Assembly: GCF_000022265.1 (NCBI RefSeq)
Contig: NC_011979.1
Coordinates: forward strand, 1,500,001-1,532,000
Source: Geotalea daltonii FRC-32
GTDB taxonomy: Bacteria; Desulfobacterota; Desulfuromonadia; Geobacterales; Geobacteraceae
Direction: 5' to 3'
Length of the DNA: 32,000 bases
The notes below the pieces were generated by a model. The model was given only the letters and a program-made list of their open reading frames with translations. It did not search any database and was not told the DNA's origin. This document shows positions 6,189 through 15,300 of this stretch, in pieces. The position numbers were made by a program, and so were the translations under genes. Numbering within the stretch: position 1 is the stretch's first letter; each line of letters begins with the position of its first letter.

Positions 6189-9035
6189 ATGATTCACGCA
6201 AAGCGCAACCTTACAACATTGCTTGTCGTCTCGCTGCTTGTCGCAGTCATTTCACTGCCGGGAACAATTTCTTTGGCGGCAGCGGTGGCCCCTGTGGCCA
6301 AGGCCATGCCTCCTGTCAGGGATGGGATGATGACGCCTGCGAGGATCGTTGTCGAATCTTCCGGCAACAATTACTATGTCACTGACCCTAGGGCCGGGGC
6401 TGTTTTGAAGTACAATCTTTATGGCCATCTGGTGCAGACCATAAAAACAACTGGTATTCCTCTTGGTATTGCCTTCGCGGGTAGTGATCTGCTGGTTACC
6501 TGCGGTAACTATGTTTCCGTTGTCAATCCCGGTACCGGCGCCGAGATCAGGCGTATTGGCGAACCAGGGGTTATCGCTAAAGCGACTGGTGTCGCTGTCG
6601 ATAGCCTTGGCTCCACATACGTTGCTGATGCTGCAAAGCATCAGGTTCACGTCTTTGCTGCTTCCGGTGTGTATGTGCGCTCGTTTGGCGGCCTGGGCAA
6701 GGCGGCCGGCTTTTTTCAGTATCCAGCTGGCCTTGCATACGACAAAGACCTCAACCGACTTGCTGTTGCAGACTCTATGAACGGCAGGGTTCAGCTTTTC
6801 GATGTGAATCCTTCTAGCCCCACTTATCTAACCAATGTGAAAACTATTGGCCTTGGTACCTTGCGTGATCAGCCTTTGGATTTTGTTGCTCCCCAAGGCG
6901 TCAGCTTTGAATATGATAAAGCTGGAAAGTTGAAAAGGATGTATGTGGTTGATACCTGGAAAAGCGGAATTCAGGTCATCGATCCACTGGACGGGGTGAA
7001 TGGTAGATATCTGTCTCTCGTTGGAGCTGGCGCAATCTCTGCTGGCTCCTATATCTACGGTATGCTGAATGGGGTTCAGGATTGGCAATTCCTGCTTCCC
7101 TCGGATGCTGCATTTGATCCAGTCTATAGCAGGCTTCTGGTACCTTCGGCCAACAGCAGTATTCAGATTATCGGTATTGACGGCGGCATGACCCCCTCTG
7201 ACAATAACCCGATCTATCTCAATATTGATGCATCCCCACTGAACACGAATTCTCCGAACTATGCAATTAGTGGAACGGTTAAACCTGGCTCTCAAATCAA
7301 GATAACGACAAATACCGGTGCCATTGCCGGTCTGGTCGAGCCGGTAGGTCAGGTTTGGAATGCTACCATCACCGGTTTGGCGTTGGGTGTCAATAAGATC
7401 ACTGTCCTGGCAACCGATGTAACGGGCAAAGAGTTGTCCAAAGAGATAAGTGTTCTGTACACCCTCAATGCTCCGTCACTTACCGTAACAACGGCCACTG
7501 GTACAGTGGTCAACGGTCTTTCTACGGCTTTGTCCGGCACCGTGGACGCCGATTGCACGGTAAATATAATAAATAATACTACGGGAATTACAAGCACGGC
7601 GGTTGTGACAGGAACATCGTGGAATGGAACGGTAACCCTTTCCAATAACGCCGCCAACAATTTCACGGTAACGGCAAGTAAACCCGGTAGCAACACTGCC
7701 TCTACAAGTGTGACGATTATAAGTGATACGACTGCACCTTCTCTGAATATATCCGCTCTTCCCGATAACAGCTACAGCAGTGGCACAATGACTCAGAATA
7801 TTTCGGGATACGTGCAGGATGCAAATCCCTCTACCGTATCGGTTTCTGTGAATGGTGGTGCTGCGGCCATTTATTCGACACCGTTGCCCGCAGCCTCCTT
7901 CAGCGCTTCGGTCACTCTTCAGCAGGGTGCCAATACCATAACCGTTCAAGCGACTGACCTTGCGGGTAATACGTCTTTCGTCAACACCAGGACGATCAGC
8001 TACCAGCCGACCAGGCCTGTATTGACCCTGGGTGCTGCAACCCCTGCCGATAACTCCTTTACAAATTCAGCTACTGTCTCCGTCAGCGGTACGGTAACAC
8101 CTGTCAATTCTGTCGTTACCATCACCAATAACGGCGTGGCTGTCGCCGGGGTCACTAACGATGCCGCCGGCAATTGGTCGGCGCCAGTCACGGGCCTGCC
8201 TCTGGTGAACGGTCAAAACGTCATAGTGATTAGTGCAAATGCCGGTGCTGGTGATGCCAGTCTGAAGCGTACTGTCACCCTTGATACAACCGTGCCTGGT
8301 CTGGCAATTACATCGCCTGCAGCGGACATTTCCATCAATGATCCCAGTATTGAAATAGCCGGTACGGTTTCGGCTGACGCAGGCGGTTACCCGACATTGA
8401 CCGCCATGGTAAATTCAACTCCGGTCACCCCGACCTTGACCAATGGAACTTTTGTCTTGTACCCGGGTGCTTATCTTGCCGAAGGTCCTAACACCATCAC
8501 GGTGACTGCGACTGATTCAGCTAACAATCCCCCTGTTATCCAGGTGCGCAATATCAATTACGACATAACGCCGCCTGCTCTTACTCTTGGTTCAACATAT
8601 GCCGGTTACCCCAAGACCATAAGCGGTACAGTTGAAAGCCAAGCCAGTATCACCGTTAAAGATGGAGCTACGTCCTTCCCCGTAGTCGTTACTGCTGGCC
8701 AGTGGACTGCCAATCTGTCTTCGGCAAGTTACAGCAGGGATACCCTCCAGATTAAAGCAACTGATGCCGCAGGCAATATAAGTGTGATTACGGGTCTGAG
8801 TTCTTCCTATACCAAACCCTCCGGCGACTTAAATGCTGATAGTCTTGTCAATACGGTAGATGTGCAACTGGCGCTGGATTTTGCTTACGGGCGCAAGGTG
8901 CCTACACAGGAACAGCTATTGCAAGGCGATATCGGACCACTTCTGAATGGGTTTGCTAATCCAAACGGCGTCATAGATTTGTCGGATGCAATCCTTATTC
9001 GCAAAAAAGCAGTTGATAGCACTTTTACCTGGTAA
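6189..9035 (+). CDS. Secreted NHL-repeat beta-propeller protein with an array of Ig-like domains and a C-terminal dockerin-like module
   Basis: RBS ACGGAGG before ATG 6189. Signal peptide ...SLAAAVAPVAKA. NHL-type repeats (YVTDPRAGAVLKYN, GVAVDSLGSTYVADAAKHQVHVF, PAGLAYDKDLNRLAVADSMNGRVQLFD). About 6-7 Ig-like modules of roughly 90 aa share the recurring pattern ISGTV...G.N.ITV.ATD.AGN. The C-terminus has EF-hand-like loops DLNADSLVNTVD and NPNGVIDLSD. Confidence 0.85.
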   Translation: MIHAKRNLTTLLVVSLLVAVISLPGTISLAAAVAPVAKAMPPVRDGMMTPARIVVESSGNNYYVTDPRAGAVLKYNLYGHLVQTIKTTGIPLGIAFAGSDLLVTCGNYVSVVNPGTGAEIRRIGEPGVIAKATGVAVDSLGSTYVADAAKHQVHVFAASGVYVRSFGGLGKAAGFFQYPAGLAYDKDLNRLAVADSMNGRVQLFDVNPSSPTYLTNVKTIGLGTLRDQPLDFVAPQGVSFEYDKAGKLKRMYVVDTWKSGIQVIDPLDGVNGRYLSLVGAGAISAGSYIYGMLNGVQDWQFLLPSDAAFDPVYSRLLVPSANSSIQIIGIDGGMTPSDNNPIYLNIDASPLNTNSPNYAISGTVKPGSQIKITTNTGAIAGLVEPVGQVWNATITGLALGVNKITVLATDVTGKELSKEISVLYTLNAPSLTVTTATGTVVNGLSTALSGTVDADCTVNIINNTTGITSTAVVTGTSWNGTVTLSNNAANNFTVTASKPGSNTASTSVTIISDTTAPSLNISALPDNSYSSGTMTQNISGYVQDANPSTVSVSVNGGAAAIYSTPLPAASFSASVTLQQGANTITVQATDLAGNTSFVNTRTISYQPTRPVLTLGAATPADNSFTNSATVSVSGTVTPVNSVVTITNNGVAVAGVTNDAAGNWSAPVTGLPLVNGQNVIVISANAGAGDASLKRTVTLDTTVPGLAITSPAADISINDPSIEIAGTVSADAGGYPTLTAMVNSTPVTPTLTNGTFVLYPGAYLAEGPNTITVTATDSANNPPVIQVRNINYDITPPALTLGSTYAGYPKTISGTVESQASITVKDGATSFPVVVTAGQWTANLSSASYSRDTLQIKATDAAGNISVITGLSSSYTKPSGDLNADSLVNTVDVQLALDFAYGRKVPTQEQLLQGDIGPLLNGFANPNGVIDLSDAILIRKKAVDSTFTW

Positions 9036-9089
9036 CCTCGGACACGGTAATCAGAAACTACGTATATAAATGCTTTCAGGAGCGTAAAC

Positions 9090-12000
9090 ATGAATGGACC
9101 AATTAAAAATGCTCTGCTGACACTGATCTTGGTCACAATTGTGACAATAACAGCGCAGGCGCAATACTTGCCACCTTCGCATGATTTCGGCCAACAGAGT
9201 TGCGGTGCCTGTCATGCGACTGGTACTGATATTACCAATGCTGCTAATAATAATGTCTGTATGATATGTCACAAGGTCGGTAGTGCTTCTACCACGAACA
9301 AGCAGTTCTTTGTGGGAGATATGGCCAATCCATTTGGGACGACTATCGAAAGCAACGAGAATGGCAGTTATTCACACAGTTCTCACGAGTGGTCTGCAAC
9401 CGACGATAACCCGGCAGCAGGGGCTCTACCACCTGTTAATCCTGTCATGAATACCATTAATTCCTACAACGGTAGCTTGAGTTGTAACCGTTGCCATGGA
9501 ATACACGCGCCATCACCGCTTCCTCACCTGCTCAGGCAGTCCATGAACAACGATGAGCTCTGTCTCGATTGTCATCGTCTTAGGAACACAAACTCTCACA
9601 TATACGGCTCACATCCTGTAAACATGGACTACAACGCCGTTGCTTCAAGCAAACCCACTAAATATGCAGCTTCGCCGGTTAATAGTAACCCTGCCAACCC
9701 AACATCCGATATGAAATTGGCTAACGGCAAAGTCGTATGTACAACTTGTCACAATGCTCACTTCACCGACTCCAGCAGCAAGACCCTTGATAACTTTTCA
9801 ACGGCAATGGTAAACGGGCTTGCCCCCTCCAAAGGTTACTTGCTGCGGACAGATTACCGGTACGTGAACTATACTACGCTGGACAGCCCCAATATCTGTA
9901 CCAACTGCCACACAAGTAAGCATGAACATAATGGCGGCAACCAGAGGGTGCGTTGTACTGACTGTCACAGTGGCCACGTGGATTACGATCCCTTCGCAAC
10001 TGACCCCGCGACAATGGTACCAAACGTTTATATGGTCAAACGTTATATGAACTGGTCATCGGCCACGGGCTGGAAGGATAACAAGAAGCTAACCACGCCC
10101 AAGCAGACGCTGTTCCAGGATGCATCTGCCCAGAGACTCTACAAAAGGGCGGATGGCAAGGGTGTCTGCCAGAGTTGTCATGAGGTGCCACCTTGGAAAG
10201 CAATTGCTCCGAGTGGCAATCCTTACCCAGAGGCACATGATATTGTCAATGCCGTTGCAGCTGATTGTAATCGCTGCCACAGCCACGACAGCCGGTGGAG
10301 TTTCGCCGCCTCCTGTTTAGAATGCCATGGTCAACCGCCCACCGCCACCACTGCCGCAGCCGGTTATCAAGGCAATGAAGCTGTTTCAGCCCATACCAAG
10401 CATTCCAACAATTACAGCTTCAAGTGTCTTGAGTGTCACTATGACGGTGCCTCTCTCGCACTGCATGACAAAGGCAATTACCAGGATGTCTACCACCGTC
10501 CCGACTATGTAGACGCCGATGCTGTGGCCTCAAAGTTTGGATCTCTCCCTTCCTACAGTACAAGCGCCAATAAATGTTCTACCGTTTACTGCCACAGTAA
10601 TGGCGCACCCAAGCTTGCATTCAAAACCTACTCAATAGCATACAAAACGACGCCCAATTGGTTTGGCGAGCAAACAACATGTAATTCCTGTCATGAGGCA
10701 GCACCGACAACAAATGCCCATGGCGCCCACCTTGCTAAAAATTATACCTGCCAAAACTGCCATGCCGCCACTGCCAGCGGTTCAGGTGCAATAATCGACA
10801 AAACTAAACATGCCGACGGCAATAAACAGCTGGAGTTTGCATCAGTGGGGCTGTCCTTTGCCCTTAATGGAAACTCCTGCTCGACGATATACTGCCACAG
10901 TGATGGGTCTGGTAATTATTCCGCCCCCACTTGGACTGATTCGTCAACCGGCCAGTGCGGAACCTGCCACGGCACAACCGACAGAACCAGCGGTGCCCAT
11001 CAGGCGCACCTGTCTCAGACAACACTCTATGGGCCAAAACTCACACAATTCGACACAGTGGTTGCCTGTAACAAATGTCATGGCCCCGACTACACAACCA
11101 AGCATCTTAACGGTACGACAGTAGATGTCAGCTCCTCAACCTGTTCGGCCTCATGCCATGCCAACGGCATCGGCTCTGCCTCCTGGGTAACCGGAAGAAC
11201 CGGCATTACCTGTGAAAGCTGTCATACGGGCACCCTGTCCAATGTGAACGGTGCGACTGCACCCGATAAGTCTTTCGCAGCCAGCCGGGGCCATAACATG
11301 AACTCCAGCAGCACCGGCGTCATCATGAACTACAACTGTACCTCGTGCCATGATGCTAATGCCAAGCACATCGACCCTGCTGCTCACGACACCAGGTTGT
11401 TGCCGGCCTACACGGGTGCACTTAACAATGAGTGTAACGCTTGTCACAACACCGCAACGGTGCCTACGGAGAGCAAAAAGGACATGCTCACGCACGTTAT
11501 TGATCTTGTAGGCACTCCGAGTGCTTGTAACGTCTGCCATGATCCCCATGGTTCTGCTAACCGGAACATGATTAGGGCGAAAATTGTGGCGCGTGATGGT
11601 TTTAACAATATAACCTGCAACATTTCTTACAAGAACAGCACTTCGTTGGTCTCAACAGTTAAGGTTGGTAACCTGTATACGGGCCTTTGCCAGGTCTGCC
11701 ATACTTCGACCAAGTTCTACAAAAACAACACTGAGGAAACCAATCATTACTCGACCGGTTGTTTCGACTGCCACAAACATAAGGCTGCTGATAAGACCTA
11801 TGCATTCGAGCCTGGCGGTGGTGGTTGCAATGGTTGTCATGGCTACCCACCTGTTCAGACAATGCAGGCGAATTACGGTACTCTTGGTAATTACTCAGGT
11901 GCTCGTCTTCAAAACTACTCCGGTGGTGGCGGCGCCCACGATGTGCCTGGTCACATTGCTGCCAACTCTCGTCCTTCACAAGGCTGGACAAACTGTCTCA

Positions 12001-12215
12001 CTTGCCATTACGGGTCAAGCCAGCACATGAAGGGTGACTATACAAAACCATCCACCATTAATGTCACCGTTGATCCGAAATACAAATTCGATTCCAAACT
12101 GCCGATTACTTACTCCGGCAACCAGAATAATGATCGCAGCCTCTACCAATCCGGTACATGCTCCAATGTCAGCTGCCACTTCCAGGCGTCACCGAAGTGG
12201 AGTAGCGAAAAGTAA
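9090..12215 (+). CDS. Multiheme c-type cytochrome, about 27 heme-binding motifs
   Basis: RBS CAGGAG (9078-9083). Signal peptide ending TAQA/QY. My by-eye count is 23 CxxCH, 3 CxxxxCH (CSTVYCH, CSTIYCH, CSNVSCH) and 1 CxxxCH (CSASCH). The C-terminal two thirds resemble the Geobacter CxxxxCH...CxxCH domain family (TIGR01904, from memory). The 54-nt gap to the upstream gene suggests co-transcription. Confidence 0.9.
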   Translation: MNGPIKNALLTLILVTIVTITAQAQYLPPSHDFGQQSCGACHATGTDITNAANNNVCMICHKVGSASTTNKQFFVGDMANPFGTTIESNENGSYSHSSHEWSATDDNPAAGALPPVNPVMNTINSYNGSLSCNRCHGIHAPSPLPHLLRQSMNNDELCLDCHRLRNTNSHIYGSHPVNMDYNAVASSKPTKYAASPVNSNPANPTSDMKLANGKVVCTTCHNAHFTDSSSKTLDNFSTAMVNGLAPSKGYLLRTDYRYVNYTTLDSPNICTNCHTSKHEHNGGNQRVRCTDCHSGHVDYDPFATDPATMVPNVYMVKRYMNWSSATGWKDNKKLTTPKQTLFQDASAQRLYKRADGKGVCQSCHEVPPWKAIAPSGNPYPEAHDIVNAVAADCNRCHSHDSRWSFAASCLECHGQPPTATTAAAGYQGNEAVSAHTKHSNNYSFKCLECHYDGASLALHDKGNYQDVYHRPDYVDADAVASKFGSLPSYSTSANKCSTVYCHSNGAPKLAFKTYSIAYKTTPNWFGEQTTCNSCHEAAPTTNAHGAHLAKNYTCQNCHAATASGSGAIIDKTKHADGNKQLEFASVGLSFALNGNSCSTIYCHSDGSGNYSAPTWTDSSTGQCGTCHGTTDRTSGAHQAHLSQTTLYGPKLTQFDTVVACNKCHGPDYTTKHLNGTTVDVSSSTCSASCHANGIGSASWVTGRTGITCESCHTGTLSNVNGATAPDKSFAASRGHNMNSSSTGVIMNYNCTSCHDANAKHIDPAAHDTRLLPAYTGALNNECNACHNTATVPTESKKDMLTHVIDLVGTPSACNVCHDPHGSANRNMIRAKIVARDGFNNITCNISYKNSTSLVSTVKVGNLYTGLCQVCHTSTKFYKNNTEETNHYSTGCFDCHKHKAADKTYAFEPGGGGCNGCHGYPPVQTMQANYGTLGNYSGARLQNYSGGGGAHDVPGHIAANSRPSQGWTNCLTCHYGSSQHMKGDYTKPSTINVTVDPKYKFDSKLPITYSGNQNNDRSLYQSGTCSNVSCHFQASPKWSSEK

Positions 12216-12262
12216 TTGTGACGTTTTGCCAGAGTTAATTGGATAGATAAATATTATGTCAA

Positions 12263-12284
12263 AGGGAGGGTTCCCACCCTCCCT
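12263..12284 (+). other. GC-rich hairpin between the two cytochrome genes
   Basis: AGGGAGGGT (12263-12271), loop TCCC, ACCCTCCCT (12276-12284): a perfect 9-bp stem. It is followed by ATTGAGG with no T-run, so it is not a canonical terminator. It may be a partial attenuator or an mRNA-stability element. Confidence 0.35.
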
Positions 12285-12341
12285 ATTGAGGATGTCAGTA
12301 TGAGATTACAATCGTTTTCAGTTATATTTAAGGAGTCAAGT

Positions 12342-15300
12342 ATGAAGACATGTCACAGCGCAGGATACTTCAAACAACTGATTCTATTCTTGCTGTTGTC
12401 CTTAATGACTGTATTTGTCTTTACGGGGAATGCGCTGGCACTGACTGGCAACAAAATTGACAGTTGTTCAGACTGTCATGGCGAACGGCTAACCGGTGAC
12501 GTCAGACCTGTAGACTGGGGTTATAGAAACATAAGCACCGGTGGTGTTGTGGGAAACCACAGGACCCATATGGCCAATGGTGCATCGGTGGCAAGTTGTG
12601 ATACCTGCCATGTGAAGAATACTACTTTTGGCCACCGTGACGGCAAGATCAGCTTTCGGGCAGATATAAACGCTTCACCGGCGACTACCACCTATCTTAA
12701 AGCCGGAGTGCTTGGTTTTGTTAACCAGACCTCCAATCCGGTCATGACCAATGCAAACTGCTCCAATGTTAACTGCCACTTTGAAACAACCTCTCCAAGT
12801 TGGGGCCTGACTGCAGCGGCAGCCGGCCTTAATTGTGAGTCATGCCATAACTCTGCAAATACATCCTCCGCTCACACCAAACATAAAGAAAAATACGGCA
12901 GTTTAGGTTCCAACTACCTTGATTCTTGTTCTACATGCCATCCCAATAGAAGCACTTTTTCGCATGCAACGAGCGCAAACAATGCTGGTCGTAACATAGC
13001 CATTACAGTTAGCAGCTATGCTGGATCAAATTTTAAATATCTTCCAAGTGAAGCCGCCAGCCGTGTTCTAGGTTCCTGTAATAACCTTTACTGCCACAGT
13101 TCAGGGCAGTCTGCAACCGGTGGTTCAACTCCAGTTTACGCAACACCCAATTGGGGGGATACTGCCTCTGGTGCCTGCGGAAGCTGCCATGCAACAACAA
13201 CCCTGGCTTCCGGCAGCCACACCAAGCACTTCAGCGGCATTTCCCCGAATACGAACTGCGGCAATTGCCACGCCGGTGCAACCAGCACCAGCTATGCATC
13301 AACGCTGCATGTTGATACCTTCATCAACGTAACCGGTGCCTATACACAGGGCAAGTCCCATGCGCCCGGCAACGGTTATGGTGCATGTAATGCCGCAAGC
13401 TGTCATGACAACGGCAAAGGCGTACCGGCAGCGACCCCGACATGGGGTAACTCAACAGTACCTGCATGTACCGCCTGTCATACGCTGATCCCCGCTGACA
13501 ACAGCCATAACAAGCACGTAACCACCACCACATACAAGAAAGCAGCCTGCGGTGACTGTCACACCGGCTATGTTCAGGGGGCAACCGCAGCAGCAAATCA
13601 CCTGAATACAACAATCGAAGTCAACACCGGCGGCTATCCGTCACCGAAAGCAAAAAACAGTACAGTAGGAAGCTGTGCCACCTCCTACTGCCACAGCTCC
13701 GGCCAGTCATTAACCGGTGACGCAGCACCAGTCTACGGCACAGCACCGACCTGGGGTCAGTCAGTAGCCTGCGGAAGCTGCCATGCAACAACAACCCTGG
13801 CTTCCGGCAGCCACACCAAGCACTTCAGCGGCATTTCCCCGAATACGAACTGCGGCAACTGTCACGCCGGTGCAACCAGCACCAGCTATGCATCAACGCT
13901 GCATGTTGATACCTTCATCAACGTAACCGGTGCCTATACACAGGGCAAGTCCCATGCGCCCGGCAACGGTTATGGTGCATGTAATGCCGCAAGCTGTCAT
14001 GACAACGGCAAAGGCGTACCGGCAGCGACCCCGACATGGGGTAACTCAACAGTACCTGCATGTACCGCCTGTCATACGCTGATCCCCGCTGACAACAGCC
14101 ATAACAAGCACGTAACCACCACCACATACAAGAAAGCAGCCTGCGGTGACTGTCACACCGGCTATGTTCAGGGGGCAACCGCAGCAGCAAATCACCTGAA
14201 TACAACAATCGAAGTCAACACCGGCGGCTATCCGTCACCGAAAGCAAAAAACAGTACAGTAGGAAGCTGTGCCACCTCCTACTGCCACAGCTCCGGCCAG
14301 TCATTAACCGGTGGCGCAGCACCAGTCTACGGCACAGCACCGACCTGGGGTCAGTCAGTAGCCTGCGGAAGCTGCCATGCAACAACAACCCTGGCTTCCG
14401 GCAGCCACACCAAGCACTTCAGCGGCATTTCCCCGAATACGAACTGCGGCAACTGCCACGCCGGTGCAACCAGCACCAGCTATGCATCAACGCTGCATGT
14501 TGATACCTTCATCAACGTAACCGGTGCCTATACACAGGGCAAGTCCCATGCGCCCGGCAACGGTTATGGTGCATGTAATGCCGCAAGCTGTCATGACAAC
14601 GGCAAAGGCGTACCGGCAGCGACCCCGACATGGGGTAACTCAACAGTACCTGCATGTACCGCCTGTCATACGCTGATCCCCGCTGATAACAGCCATAACA
14701 AGCACGTAACCACCACCACATACAAGAAAGCAGCCTGCGGTGACTGTCACACCGGCTATGTTCAGGGGGCAACCGCAGCAGCAAATCACCTGAATACAAC
14801 AATCGAAGTCAACACCGGCGGCTATCCGTCACCGAAAGCAAAAAACAGTACAGTAGGAAGCTGTGCCACCTCCTACTGCCACAGCTCCGGCCAGTCATTA
14901 ACCGGTGGCGCAGCACCAGTCTACGGCACAGCACCGACCTGGGGTCAGTCAGTAGCCTGCGGAAGCTGCCATGCAACAACAACCCTGGCTTCCGGCAGCC
15001 ACACCAAGCACTTCAGCGGCATTTCCCCGAATACGAACTGCGGCAACTGTCACGCCGGTGCAACCAGCACCAGCTATGCATCAACGCTGCATGTTGATAC
15101 CTTCATCAACGTAACCGGTGCCTATACACAGGGCAAGTCCCATGCGCCCGGCAACGGTTATGGTGCATGTAATGCCGCAAGCTGTCATGACAACGGCAAA
15201 GGCGTACCGGCAGCGACCCCGACATGGGGTAACTCAACAGTACCTGCATGTACCGCCTGTCATACGCTGATCCCCGCTGACAACAGCCATAACAAGCACG

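Noticed and set aside
12300-12341. N-terminal extensions offered by the ORF track (12300 for the giant cytochrome; also 125, 1311, 20366, 27038 and 30026 for other genes)
   Set aside because: In each case an internal ATG has a better-placed Shine-Dalgarno sequence. It also gives a family-typical N-terminus or signal peptide, and the longer forms overlap neighbouring genes or promoters.
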